Below, piece by piece: positions 1-12,487 of a stretch of 64,000 nt of DNA; within the stretch, counting starts at the first letter, position 1; every line of letters begins with the position of its first letter. The stretch is from Octopus vulgaris. Its lineage: Eukaryota. Under the pieces are notes generated by a model. The model searched no databases, was not told the origin of the DNA, and was given only the letters and a program-made list of their open reading frames with translations. The stretch covers positions 64,356,001 through 64,420,000 of the forward strand of contig OX597821.1 of NCBI GenBank assembly GCA_951406725.2, in the 5' to 3' direction. The position numbers were made by a program, and so were the translations under genes.

Positions 1-376
1 TAGCAGTATCGCCCGGCGTTGCTCAGGTTTGTAAAAGAAATAACTATAAAGCATTTTTAGAGAGTTATAGCCAAAAAATAACAAAAAAATGGAAAAAAAT
101 GATGGTAAATTTTTTTTTTAGTTAAAAAAGGTGGAGTTGCGTCCCCTAGACAGTTTGCGGTTTGTGTTTCTGATTCTCGACCCCATGTCGAATTTATCGA
201 TTTTTTTCAGAACTGGGGGAACTTTTCAAAATTTTCGCTGCATTAGTTTTGAATTATGACATTGGGCTATGTGTGTGTCAAGTTTCATCAGAATCGGTTG
301 AAAGCCGTGGTCAGAGTGAGGGTACAAGCAAACAGACACACAGAAACACGCACAGACAAACTGCCGTTTATATAGA
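1..376 (-). mobile_element. Non-autonomous Helitron (3' CTAG clipped by window edge)
   Basis: Minus strand begins A|TCTATATAAACGGCAG (TC at 376-375) with a subterminal CTGT-like tract. It ends CCTGAGCAACGCCGGGCGATACTGCTA(G), an imperfect hairpin plus CTAG. About 190 bp is shared with the copy at 27085-27288. Confidence 0.7.
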
Positions 377-807
377 TATATATATATATATATATGTATA
401 TATGAATGTGCATGTGTTTGTATGTAGCCTTGTTGTATGATTGTACATATACATATACATTCACACACATATATATGTGACTTCATAGTTTCTTGTCATA
501 GTGTTTTATAAGTTTTTTTGTTGCTCTGTTCTTCAACAACTTTCTTTTCTGGTTTAGAAATTTAAATAAGCTTTAACCTTTATCAGACATGTGACAATGG
601 AGTGACAATTAAAGGAGGTGGGGAGAAAACGATTGCATTTATCTGCTAACCCAATGCATGTCCATCGATCGATTGATCCATCCATCTACCTATCCATACA
701 TACATGAATACATGTGTCTCTGTAACTATTTATCTTCACACACAGACACACATCACAGGCGAGACCCAACCATGGCTGAAATTGGCTGAAATGCATAAAA
801 AGTATAA

Positions 808-853
<46 letters not shown>

Positions 854-878
854 CAGTATGTGTGTTTGTGTGTGTGTC

Positions 879-913
<35 letters not shown>

Positions 914-939
914 ATACGTATGTGCGTGCATGTGCGCGT

Positions 940-1117
940 CCTTGTGTCTCTGTTTCTCCTCCAGCATAGCTTGACAACGATTGCTGTGTGTTTACTTCCC
1001 CGTAGCCTAGCGATTCGGGCAACAGGAACCGATAGAACTGGAATCAATTCGCTCGACAAATATGCATCAAGGCGGTTATCTAGAATGGTCACAGTCTCAT
1101 GACTGAAATAAAAGATT

Positions 1118-1120
<3 letters not shown>
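940..1120 (+). mobile_element. Degenerate 3' half of SINE A
   Basis: GCTTGACAACGAT...CCCCGTAGCCTAGCGATTCGG...ATGGTCACAGTC..ATGACTGAAA aligns to the 3' half of the copy at 1673-2139. Confidence 0.7.
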
Positions 1121-1181
<61 letters not shown>

Positions 1182-1439
1182 TAGAAATATGTTACGAAAA
1201 GAAAATATAAAATACACGTGGAAATGTAAGGGTAAAATATGAAAAATCAACGAAAATGCATATTGCAAATAGAAAAAGGCTATTTATGACAGGTAACGAC
1301 AAATATGCACATTTATATTGACTGAGGTAGTAGTACGAGTCATAAAAGTAATTATTATGAGATGATTATAAGATGATAATAAAGTAAGAGAACAAAACGA
1401 ACCAATAATTTACGCAAATCGTTTGAACAACACCGGTTA

Positions 1440-1469
<30 letters not shown>

Positions 1470-1472
<3 letters not shown>

Positions 1473-1843
1473 GCATTTTATTGTGCTTCCTGCACATGGT
1501 TCTATAGTGGTGTTTGCCTATGCAACACAATGCACACTGACTCCTTCAAAAATACATTTTTCCCGGGATTGGAGCACTGTGTACCACGTGTCTGATGCCC
1601 TTTGGCCAATTTGTAACAGGAAGGTCAGTAGGAAGACCGCTCTTGCACTTTAAAGACAAACTAAGCTGTACAGGCTCAGGAGTGGCTGTGTGGTAAGCAG
1701 CTTGCTTACCAACCACATGATTCCGGGTTCAGTTCCACTGCATGGCACCTTGGGCAACTGTCTTCTACTATAGCCGCAGGCCGACCAAAGCCTTGTGAGT
1801 GCATTTGGTACACGGAAACTGAAAGAAGCCCGTCGTATTTATG

Positions 1844-1930
<87 letters not shown>

Positions 1931-2400
1931 TGTGTTTGTGTGTCTGTGTTTGTCCCCCAACATCGCTTGACAACCGATTTTGGCATGTTTGTGTCCCCGT
2001 AACTTAGCGGTTCGGCAAAAGAGACCAATAGAATAAGTACTAGGCTTGCAAAGAATAAGTTCTAAAGGTGGTGCTCAAGCATGGCCGCAGTCAAATAACT
2101 GAAACAAGTAAAAGGATAAAAGAGTAAAAGAGTAAAAGACAATCTGAAGCGATGCAATTTTCCCTTTTCTCCGTGAGAAGAAAAACATAAAAAATGAGAA
2201 CGCAGGACCTGGCTGTAGTCCTGCGTCTTCTCAGTTCAAATACTTAAGCAAAGTCGATTCCAATATCGTGACCAACTTGGTGCAAGAATGAAGGCACGCT
2301 GGTAAAACAATGTTCCTCTAGAGGGAAACCTTACCTGTCATTGTGGTTTTGTGGCACGAAGCAAAGCAGGCGTTGCCGCCCACTCAGAAAAGACATAGGA
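1470..2400 (+). mobile_element. RTE-type LINE 3' fragment interrupted by SINE A
   Basis: GRSVGRPLLHFKDKL precedes the SINE and NLKRCN follows it. A decayed C-terminal Zn finger LTCHCGFVARSKAGVAAH lies at ~2330-2385. Confidence 0.65.
1673..2139 (+). mobile_element. SINE A (tRNA-like head, internal (TA)n(TG)n, GTAAAAGA tail)
   Basis: A-box TGGCTGTGTGG, B-box-like GGGTTCAGTTCC, body CCTTGGGCAA. More than 8 homologous copies in the window. Confidence 0.9.
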
Positions 2401-2609
2401 AATGATCCACAAGCACTCAGATAAACTTATTTGAGTGCTTGAGTACTTGTTCCATTTACAAAAAGGTTTATAAGGTACTAGCAGGCACCAAGAGATACGT
2501 TCGTGCCCATGGAACATGATTAACGTTTTATTCTGCCGAACCCTCATTTGTCGTTCACGATAAGAGAATCCATCATATCCCATCCTATCAAATCATATCA
2601 TATCATATC

Positions 2610-2642
<33 letters not shown>

Positions 2643-2644
<2 letters not shown>

Positions 2645-3060
2645 TCTTAATCTCTTTTACTCTTTTACTTGTTTCAGTCATTTGACTGTGGCCATGCTGG
2701 AGCACCGCCTTCAGTCGAGCAAATCGACCCCAGGACTTATTCTTTGTAAGCCCAGTACTTATTCTATCGGTCTCTTTGGCCGAACCGCTAATTTACGGGG
2801 ACGTAAACACACCAGCATCGGTTATCAAGCAATGCTAGGGGGACAAACACAGACACACAAACACACACATACATATACATATACATATACATATTTACGA
2901 CAGGCTTCTTTCAGTTTCCGTCTACCAAATCCACTCACAAGGCATTGGTCGGCCCGGGGCTATAGTAGAAGACATTTGCCCAAGATGCCACGCAGCGGGA
3001 CTGAACCCGGAACCATGTGGTTGGTTAGCAAGCTACTTGCCACACGGCCACTCCTGCGCC
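2643..3060 (-). mobile_element. SINE A, full length
   Basis: Reverse complement of the 1673-2139 element, from head GGCGCAGGAGTGGC to GTAAAAGAG tail. Confidence 0.9.
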
Positions 3061-3172
3061 TATATCTATCTATCTATATATCTATATATATATATATATA
3101 CATATACATACGTATGTATGTCTGTCTGTATGTATGTATGTATGTATGTATGTATGTATGTATGTTTATATG

Positions 3173-3206
<34 letters not shown>

Positions 3207-4394
3207 TGTATGTATATGTATGTATGTATGTTATGTATATATGCGCATACACATACATGCATTCATATACGTTCTCCATTCTCAATTCATTTTAATTCTT
3301 TCCAATGTTATCTAAATTAACATGAAAAATATTAGTGTTTTATAGTTTCTTGTAGATAGGTTTTGCCTTTACATCATTTGCTTCTTCTTGTGGAATTTGA
3401 GTATATTTTGCCTCTTCTCAGACATTTGACGATGGAATGCCAAGTAGAAATGTTGTAAAAAAAAAACTAACCAACGAAAACTGAATGACCTACAGAAGTC
3501 ACAGTATTGTCCTATTCTCCTTGAAAAATATCGTTAAATCGTCTAAGCCTGCTTTGCTGTTTGATTTCTCAAAGCTGACCGTCTGCATATTTCTCGAACA
3601 ATATAAATATAAATTATTATGGAAACTGTATTTCCCAAGTCAATGTCTCATGCCTTAAATCATTTTCTTAATAATTCTTCATTCTTTTCTGTTTTTATAT
3701 TTTCATTCCAAATCCTCTTTGGAATATCAATTATTACAATGATGGAAATAAGAATTTTAAAAAATGGTAAAAAATGCATATGAGAAAATATGATTTAAGA
3801 AAGTGATAAACTAAAAAAAAATTCTAAAGTAGCAGTCTATAAAAAATATTATAATTTAGTCGGAACTTTTACATTTGCATTTTAGAAATTGTTTCTACGT
3901 TTTCTCCAAGAAATATTTACCTCAGAATCAGCAACAGAACTTTAGTTTATCACTTCTTTTACCAAAAAACTTTCATAATCCCTGCTGTTCTTGTATGAAT
4001 TTGAATAGTTAGATATTTTTGTAGCTCCAGATCAATCCTTTCTTCAGCACTTTAATCAATATGAAACATCTGTCTTACATTTTAAATAAAATATTTTCGC
4101 TCAGTTATTAGTTTTATTAGCTGCTGGTGTAGGACGTTGATGATAACAATGGTGGAGAAGTTAACAATGGCGATAATAGTATAATGATGATGATGATGAG
4201 GATGATATACTTGTTGATGTAACTGGTATTGTTGCTGCTGCTTGACGATGTTGTTGTTAGTGGTGGTCGTGGTAGTACAGTTTAATGCTGGTGGCGTTGC
4301 TGGGACTTATAAACTTCTTGAGTTTGGTTAATTTTGTTTGATGCAACGTTACTGTTGTTGTTGTTATTATTATTGCTGCTGCTGATAATAATTC

Positions 4395-4520
4395 TTTCTA
4401 CCATAGGCACAAGGCTGGAAATTTTTGGGGGATAGTGTGAGTCGATTACATCGACTCCAGTGCTTGACTGGTAATTATTTTATCGATCCCGAAAGGATGA
4501 ATGGCAAAGTCGTCCTCGGA
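4395..4520 (-). mobile_element. SINE B 3' fragment
   Basis: GTCGATTACATCGACTCCAGTG...CCCGAAAGGATGAATGGCAAAGTCG. Confidence 0.75.
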
Positions 4521-4622
4521 ATAATGACAAAAGAGAGTTATTTATTTGCCTACTCCTAATCTTTGTCGTCGTCCTCGTCCTCGTTCTCCACCACCTCCTC
4601 CTCCTCCTCTTCTTTATTGTTA

Positions 4623-4838
4623 AGGTGGCGAGCTGGCAGAATCGTTAGCACGCCTGGCAAAATGCTTAGCGGCATTAAGTCCGCCGTCACATTCTAAGTT
4701 CAAACTCCGCCGATGTCGACTTGGCCTTTCATCTTTTCGTGGGGGTTGACAAAATAATTACCAGTTACGCACTGGAGTCGATGTAATCGACTAGCCCCCC
4801 CTTCCAAAATTTCAGGCTTTTTGCCTATTGTAGAAAGG

Positions 4839-4872
<34 letters not shown>
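4623..4872 (+). mobile_element. SINE B (tail type 2) ending in (CAT)n
   Basis: Head GGTGGCGAGCTGGCAGAATCGTTAG, B-box AGTTCAAACTCC, body GCCTTTCATC, tail AAAATTTCAGGC..GTAGAAAGGAT(CAT)n. Confidence 0.85.
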
Positions 4873-4874
4873 CA

Positions 4875-5525
4875 ATTCTCTCCAGCTTTGACGTTCTTGA
4901 TTATATACGTCATATCTAAACTCCCTCTCATAGTTTAGCAAAGCAACCCTTTCCTGTTAACTCTGAACTTCCAATGATATCTAGTAGTTCCAATTTCTCA
5001 CACTAGTATTTTGTATTCTTCGAGATGCTTCCGAGTTTTTGTTCTTGAGTCTTTGTGAATTTACTTCACTTCAAATGCGAAGTCTTGATACCTTTCGGCT
5101 ATCTCATTCTCTGTCTTCGCAATGTTGTGGTCTGTAGGTACTACTTCGCCAATGTACGAGAATGACATATGGTCAATTACGACACAGAATGTTATGTTTG
5201 AAGATTGCCGTATCTCACCCGAGTTTCATTTGATCATCGGTTATTCGTAGGACGTTGGTATTCGTATGACTTATTGGTGCTTGCTAGCTGTTTCTTCAAC
5301 TCATCTCTTCAAACTTCTAGTATTAATACATTTGTTCATGGCCATTGTCTTCCAGTTTCTTCTACTCACCATTTCTTCATTTGTGTTTTCTATAACTCCA
5401 GTACTGTAGTGTACAATGCCTACGGTCCAAGCGTTAATGCTTTTGATCAGATTTCTTCTATTCAGTTTGTGTTTGCCGAGCTCTATCACTCTTCTAAAGT
5501 ACTCTGAAATGTTCTTGACCTTCGT
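4875..5525 (-). mobile_element. R4/Dong-like RLE non-LTR retrotransposon fragment (post-RT region)
   Basis: KLNRRNLIKSINAWTVGIVHYSTGVI resembles the R4/Dong LNxxNxIKAINxxAVPxxxYSxGII motif. Many stops. Confidence 0.6.
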
Positions 5526-6039
5526 CTGATTATTAATATTGTTTTTGTCGTTGTTGTTGCTTTATTTTATACCAGCCTTTCAAAGTATTACGCAGAGTCC
5601 TCAAGCAACAGTTGACTGTTCAAAGTTCATTTGGTTCTTGCCCGTCTGCACCATTTTATTTGCCATTTTCATTGAGAATGTTGAAGATTACTGGAAATAG
5701 GATAGAAACTGCAATTTGCCAATAGATGTTTTTGTAGGACAATTTTTAGAATATTTCATAAATCAGCTATGTGAGGTTATGTAGTAAATAGCGATTGCTA
5801 AATATTGTCAGTGAATTGAAATTAAACTTTTAGACGAAGAAACAAAACAAAACAAACCATTCAAAGCAGTAATTAGAGAATTTGAAACAAAAGAGTTGTA
5901 ATTTCAAAATTAAAAATTAATTTACTTATGAAAAGTTTTGATTGCTTACATTAACAAAAATGTGATTTTTGTCGCAGCTACTTTAAGAGAGATGGATATT
6001 CAGCAAATGAGAGATACGGATTTGCTTTTATATTATAAG

Positions 6040-6475
6040 ATCTGGCAGAATTGATACGGCGCCGAGCAAGATACTTAGCGGCATTTCGACCCTTCTTACG
6101 TTCTGAGCTCAAGTTTCATCGAGATCGGTTTCGCCTCTTATCCTTTCGGAATCAATAAAATGAATACCAGTTGAGCATTTGTGTAGACTTTATCAACCAA
6201 TCACTCGCTCGAAATTGCTGGCCTTATGACAAAAATCGTAATCAGTATCATAACAATTCAAAAAGGCGGCAAGCTGACAGAATTGTTAGTACACCGGGCG
6301 AAATACTTAGCGGTATTTCGTCTGTCTTTACGTTCAGAGTTCAAATTTTTTCGCGGTGACTCTTTCATCATTTCGGGGTGGTTAAATCCGTACCAGTCAA
6401 GTACTGGGATAGATGTAATCGGCTTAACTCCTCCCCCGAAATTACTGGCCTTGTGCTAAAATTTGAGACTAATAT
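6040..6475 (+). mobile_element. Two degenerate tandem SINE B copies
   Basis: Heads at ~6040 and ~6263, both with CTTAGCGG(C/T)ATTTCG and GTTCTGAG/GTTCAGAG. The second has tail type 2. Confidence 0.75.
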
Positions 6476-7133
6476 AAGAATTTATTAATAGAACAGAACT
6501 GTTTATTCCAAATCAACGTACATTTTTCAAAAAAAGAGTTTCAAACAACTTTGACCAGGAATAATTCCGGGCTTGTAGAGCAATATTTGGTGATAATAAA
6601 TGGATCTTATTCGGAACATCTGGCAATGGGTTTTTATTGTTCAATCAGCTAATCTACCTGATAATTGAATAAACACGCATTTGACTGAATACGTCACAGA
6701 CAATCTCTCTTGATGTAATTCTCAGACAGAATGAGACTCACAAAATGTCTGAATTACTGGTAAATCCTTCTGATGGAGTTCCATACAGATTCCAACTACA
6801 TAGTTTCACTCACAACTAACCTTGTGTCGATCCGAATTTGTAAACAAAGACACTTGCTCCCAAATCCGCGCCGTGGAATCGTATGTGAGACCCCTAAATT
6901 ACCAAACGAACGTTTTGAATATTCGTCTATACTGTATCTACACTGACAATATATCGAATGTAATGAACGAAATTAATCTTGTCGTCAATATTAGACTGGA
7001 TTATATATACCACATCCTGGTAATTTCTGGAAGGACGTTTCATATACACGCCGCTGACATCAATTTATTTATTAGTGGATAATACTTCGAGATTGTATAT
7101 CTATATTTCAGTCGGTATATCTATGTACATTGA

Positions 7134-7180
<47 letters not shown>

Positions 7181-7616
7181 CTAAATAAATATCAATATAT
7201 TACATATATGAGTGTACGTGTGTGTGTATTTATTATATGTAAAGTAATTCAATATCACAGCAAACTTCTCTGATACTTGCATACACCATGAAGTTAATAT
7301 TATTTAAATTTAACCTGTATTGAAGACGTGAAACGGATTTAGTATCTTTATGCGGTACTCGCCCAGTCATGAGATTCATATAAAAGTTTATGTCTCATTG
7401 CAACTATTGAGTATCATTGTGCATATAACAGGGTTCAGTACAGGGCTAAAACTCAGCAAGATGGCGCTTAGCACTTTTACAAAACTATCTTTACAGATAG
7501 TAGTGAGCTATTGTAAATGATAGTAAATAGTTACGTCTGGTATTTTGAGTAGATGGGAGCTGAGTCTTGTTAATGAACACAACATATTACTGGTATGTAG
7601 GATAAAAGTGATAAAC

Positions 7617-7647
<31 letters not shown>

Positions 7648-7674
7648 TGTATGTATGTATGTATGTATATGTAT

Positions 7675-8100
7675 GATATCTTTCTCATTTACATTTAGAA
7701 TATATTTTGACCAGCCAACAATTTGGTAGCAAGGTTGTGATGGAAAGTGTCTTATGTTCACCAGCCTTTAAATGTCATGAAGATCTTTCAAATTTTTTAC
7801 AGTTCCAGATATCGCGACCAAATGTAGAATATTACTTAAGGATTTGTGTTCTCTCTCCAAGAATCTAATTTCAGTCATACTTTGATCCAATCGGATTGAT
7901 ATATATCCTATTGCTCCAATAATAATAAATATGAAGCTGAAAGTGTATTTTGGGTACTGGATTTGCAACTCAGATCGTGTTGGGCACCGTATCATACCTC
8001 ATAGGGTGAGAATATCTGGAAGGCACTCTACCGCAGTTCACAAGAATGTGGTTGATGTTTTCAGTTTTGGTTTTGCACAGACAACATTTTTTATCCGTCA
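7675..8100 (-). mobile_element. R4/Dong-like 3' fragment (RLE C-terminus)
   Basis: LQIQYPKYTFSFIFIIIGAIGYI...SGTVK is homologous to the C-termini at 8341-8577 and 23630-23850. Confidence 0.7.
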
Positions 8101-8114
8101 ATGTATGTATGTAT

Positions 8115-8790
8115 ATAAGACTTTTTTACGTAATGAGATAAAAAAAACCAAGGCTGTGTAGATATTAGAACATTTATATATAGAAGGTCTTACAGCTGTT
8201 TCCAGGATATTTTTTAATTATATGTATATATGTTCTCTTTTATTTTTAATTGTCCAAATTATTCCTGAGGAAGGAGCTGGCTCCTAACAAGGATACAACG
8301 CTCCGTCGTTAGAATGTAGATAACGAAAACAATGTCACATTTAAAACTCGAGAAAAGCAATGCATATTTTTACTGTTCTGCTTGCAGATTGTATTCCTAA
8401 TGTGCGAGTTAGTTGATAGATTTCGTTCTCTAAAAACCCTAGCTTGTCCACAAAACTAAGAGCCCAAATTATCATTGGTATAAATGTGAATTTATAATCT
8501 GGATATAGAAGCTGGGGGTTTCGAACCAGTTGTCCATAGTTATACTTGTTCTCTTTGATTTTCAAAGAGATATTCACATCAGCAGGAAAGCTGAGATATT
8601 CACGTCAGTAGAACAGCTGGCCTCTATGACGGTACAAACTTTTTTCTTGTGTATCCCAACCACAATAATGTTATGGTTACACTTGACCGACAATTTGATG
8701 GGGATGTTCCACCAGTATTTATTGAGTTGATGTTTGTGTATGTATTCAATAACACAGGGATTCTATAATTTTTTCCAGGACAATATCTAA
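8115..8790 (-). mobile_element. R4/Dong-like 3' fragment with 3'UTR
   Basis: YWWNIPIK..CNHN-IIVVG..IEASC..NISLKIKENKYNYGQLVRNPQLLYPDYKFTFIPMIIWAL...SRTVKICIAFLEF: restriction-like endonuclease region. Confidence 0.8.
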
Positions 8791-9703
8791 GTATGTATGT
8801 GCGTGTGTGTGCGTGTATGTGTATGTGAGTGTGTGTGTCCAGTTCCAGTAGTCATCCGATTCAGCCATTCGCAGTTTTACTGTCATGGAGCATATTTGGG
8901 CGTTCAAAGTTTTGCATAAAAAAAGCGTAATAACGATTGCATGTTAAAGCCCTATTTGAGCAGAAATATCTAAGAAATTTATTATCATTAATAACATGTG
9001 ATAAAAATAAAACACTAATTTATATCAGTAACTCAGACACATCATTCGCATAAATCATTCGTTAAGTATATAATATACCAGCCTGAATCATGTAATACAA
9101 ATACTGACAGATTTCGTCGTTTCACACACACACTCACACACACATACACACATATATATATATATATGTGTGTGTGTGTGTTTCTTTTGATAAACTCATA
9201 TGGTAATTATATGGAACAAAAAACATCGGTGTTGATTAGAACACCACATCTAGGATCCGGTTTAAAGTGATCCAAAGTTGAAAGGGAATTCTGAATCCTG
9301 ATATATCAGTGTTTAGTGTGTTTTCTTTGAGATTTTTCTTCTGGTGTAGCGTATCTAAGAAATGTAATGAATTTCTTTTAATTCCCAGACGGTTTAATTA
9401 GGAAATATCGTTAATGGTGTATATGCACAACGCTGTCTATGTTGAAACGGAAACTGGCATTGCATTCAACATGAGGCTTCTCTGAAAGCAAATAAGTAGG
9501 TAGTTACTTGCGCACATATACTGGTGTATACACACGCAACTTATATATCACGCACACACACGCACAAATACATACACACGCACACTAACCAAGAGTGGAA
9601 TACATATTGACAGGTATACATTCACTCGCCCAGAGATATGCATACTAATTCATATACATGTGACCATTGATGTAGACATACATTCAAATTTTTACATACA
9701 CAC

Positions 9704-10009
9704 ATGGAAAACAAAAGTAGACGGCCCTTCGTCGATTTCGACTTTGAATATTCCAGATCTGCAACCACCAAAATATTCACATATGAAATAGTGGTGTAAG
9801 TGGCTGAGTACTCCGAAGACACTTGTAACATCGATGTAATCCTGAAGCAGAATTACATGCTGCGTAACAAGGTTAGTTGTTTCAGTTGCAGACAGATACC
9901 TTCCAACAGAATTCCACAAAGATTCCGGCTGCCGATTTTGGCTCACAAGACAAAGGTCGATTCGATATAATAGTAAAAGACAAAACAACATCTTATGTAC
10001 ATTGCATAG
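9704..10009 (-). other. Candidate exon of an unidentified, probably decayed gene
   Basis: Non-repetitive 102-codon open frame bounded by ttgcccatacAG and GTgtgt/GTatgt. No recognisable homology, and it does not splice cleanly to the next candidate exon. Confidence 0.25.
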
Positions 10010-10374
10010 CTGTATGGGCAAATATGTGAATATATGTCTGCGGTCTTACGAGGTGTATAAACCCACGTGTAGAACATGTAAATAATTCTACATCGGAAGT
10101 ACGATCAGGCATGTTCACATACTCGTTAAATACAAAATTCTATGATAATGCTTCTCTCCTAAAAAAAAGAAAAAACACCAACAGAAATGCCACACTTGAG
10201 ATATCCAAATTTCTATAGAAGCTACTGATAGAAACATTGGGAACTTCCAACTAAAAGAAGCTATTTTGATTAACTAATACAGCCTGGGTTTTAATAATAC
10301 ATCTGAGCCCCATGCAGTTGACTGGATGCGATAGCGACTTAATATAACTCTTCATACATTCACACTATAGAGCA

Positions 10375-10600
10375 GAGACATCAGCTATCCACACCTTTCT
10401 ACACACACGCAGACACACACACACGTTATATTTCTCCCCCTTTTCCCTCTTCATCTGTTTTCTCTCATTCCTTTCCGTAGAAGAGCGTAAGCTCAAAATA
10501 TCAAAAACTCTTCCAATTTTCCTACTTGCCAAACCTTGTTTGTTGTTCTCTTTCACTTCTCTCCGTCTTTTGCTTTCGGTGTTTTTTTGTATAATTTGGA
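10375..10600 (+). mobile_element. Degenerate Penelope-like pLTR with decayed hammerhead
   Basis: TTT-CCGTAGA-A-GAGCGTAAGCTC-AAAA-TATC-AAAA plus downstream TGTTTGTTGTT..CGTCTTTT is homologous to 31141-31260. Confidence 0.55.
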
Positions 10601-10698
10601 ATAGTTTTGTATAATTTGGAATAACTTTCTATAATTTGGAATATATAATTGTGAACCATATATATATGTTTATATGTGTGTGTGTGTGTATGTATATA

Positions 10699-10780
<82 letters not shown>

Positions 10781-10886
10781 AAGAGTAAATAATTTCTATA
10801 ATGGTTTTTAAAAAAAGACCACAATTATTTACAGGTAGAATTCGGTATGTAAATATAGCCGATTAACGGCAGGAATTTCTGTAAAG

Positions 10887-10930
<44 letters not shown>

Positions 10931-11694
10931 TGTGTGTGCGTTATGCGTGTATGTGGTGTATGCGCGTATGTGTGCGTACACACACATACAGACACACACG
11001 CACACTCATACACACATACATCACACACACACACACATGTATGTAGGTATAAATAGTTACGTGGATACATGTGGAATGATTTTGATAAGAATCTGCTTGA
11101 TTTGGATATGCGTGGGGAAGCAGAAAAGACGAACGGAAACGTATGAGCGGCACCAGCTGCATCAGCGGCAGCAGCAACAACAACAGCAACAGCAACAGCT
11201 ATGATTACAATGACGACGACGACTTCAACAACAACAACAACAACAACAACAGTGGCATCAAATTTCGCCATTCTCGATAAAGCTATATCAGACTGCGAAT
11301 TAATAGAGACATTAATATTGGCTGCTTAACATTATTGATAATGTTTGTGTTGTTATTTATGTTGTTGCCGTTGTTTTTGCTGCTGCACTTGGTGTTAGCG
11401 TGAAAAGCAAAACATTTATATTCTCTTGAGTGATAATGCTGAATATTATCTTACTGGATGCGATGAGCTTCTCATTCTAAGAAAAATATCTTCTCTAAAC
11501 CACCCTTTTATACACAAGAGATGTCTCTCAAACGGTATCTTAAAATTAGAAAACGATTTCTAGTTTTACAACGATATTCTATATGATGAAAGGAAATAAC
11601 TAAACGAGATAAATGCGCATGTTCTTATTGAGATGAAAATATCTAAGATATACAAACATGATTTGTGACGCTATTAAATACCATGTTGATAAGC

Positions 11695-12240
11695 TTTTCT
11701 ACTCTAGGCACAAGGTCCAAAAGTACGGAACCGGTACTTAATTTATCAACCTCGAAAGGATGAAAGGCAAAGTCGACCACGGCGGAATTTGAACTCAGAA
11801 AGTAAAGACAGACGAAATACCTATTTCTTTACAGCCCACAAGGGGCTACACACAGAGGGGACAAACAAGGATAGGCAAACGGATTAAGTCGATTATATCG
11901 ACCCCAGTGCGTAAATGGTAGTTATTTAATCGACTCCGAAAGGATGAAAGGCAAAGTTGGCCTCGGTGGAATTTGAACTCAGAACGTAGCGGCAGACGAA
12001 ATACCTATTTCTTTACTGCCCACAAGGGGCTAAACACAGAGAAGACAAACAAGGACAGACAAACGGATTAAGTCGAGTATATCGACACCAGTGCGTAACT
12101 GGTAATTATTTAATCAACCCCGAAAGGATGAAAGGCAAAGTCGACCTCGGTGGAATTTGAACTCAGAACGTAGCGGCAGACGAAATACTGCTAAGCATAT
12201 TCGCCCGGCGTGCTAACGTTTCTGCCAGCTCGCCACCTTT
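11695..12240 (-). mobile_element. SINE B trimer (one head, two headless repeats)
   Basis: GAAAGGATGAAAGGCAAAG occurs three times, with junctions at 11820/1 and 12004/5. TSD-like TACCATGTT(G/A)ATA at 11679 and 12244. Confidence 0.9.
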
Positions 12241-12271
12241 AGGTACCATGTTAATATTGACTTTATGAGAA

Positions 12272-12487
12272 AGCGGCGCGCTGGCAGAAACGTTAGCACG
12301 CCGGGCGAAATGCATAGCGCTATTTCGTCTGTCTTTACTTCCTGAGTTCATAATCCGCCAAGGTCGACTTTACCTGTCATCCTTTCGGGGTCGATAAATT
12401 AAGTACCAGTTCCGTACTGGAGTCGATGTAATCGACTGGCCCCCTGCCCCAAAATTTCTGGCCTTGTGTCTAGAGTAGAAAAGAATA
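12272..12487 (+). mobile_element. SINE B (tail type 2), head-to-head with the previous copy
   Basis: Full head-to-tail match; flanking AATATTGACT duplication. Confidence 0.9.

Noticed and set aside
280-292. GTTTCATCAG as a reverse hammerhead core (also ~27188)
   Set aside because: No stem II between CUGAUGA and GAAA; part of the Helitron body.
1323-1333. let-7-like TGAGGTAGTAG
   Set aside because: Only 11 nt match, the 3' half diverges and I see no precursor hairpin.
2682-3320. 212-aa ORF and the many YIYI/VCVC/THTH ORFs
   Set aside because: Read-through of SINE A and di- or tetranucleotide repeats.
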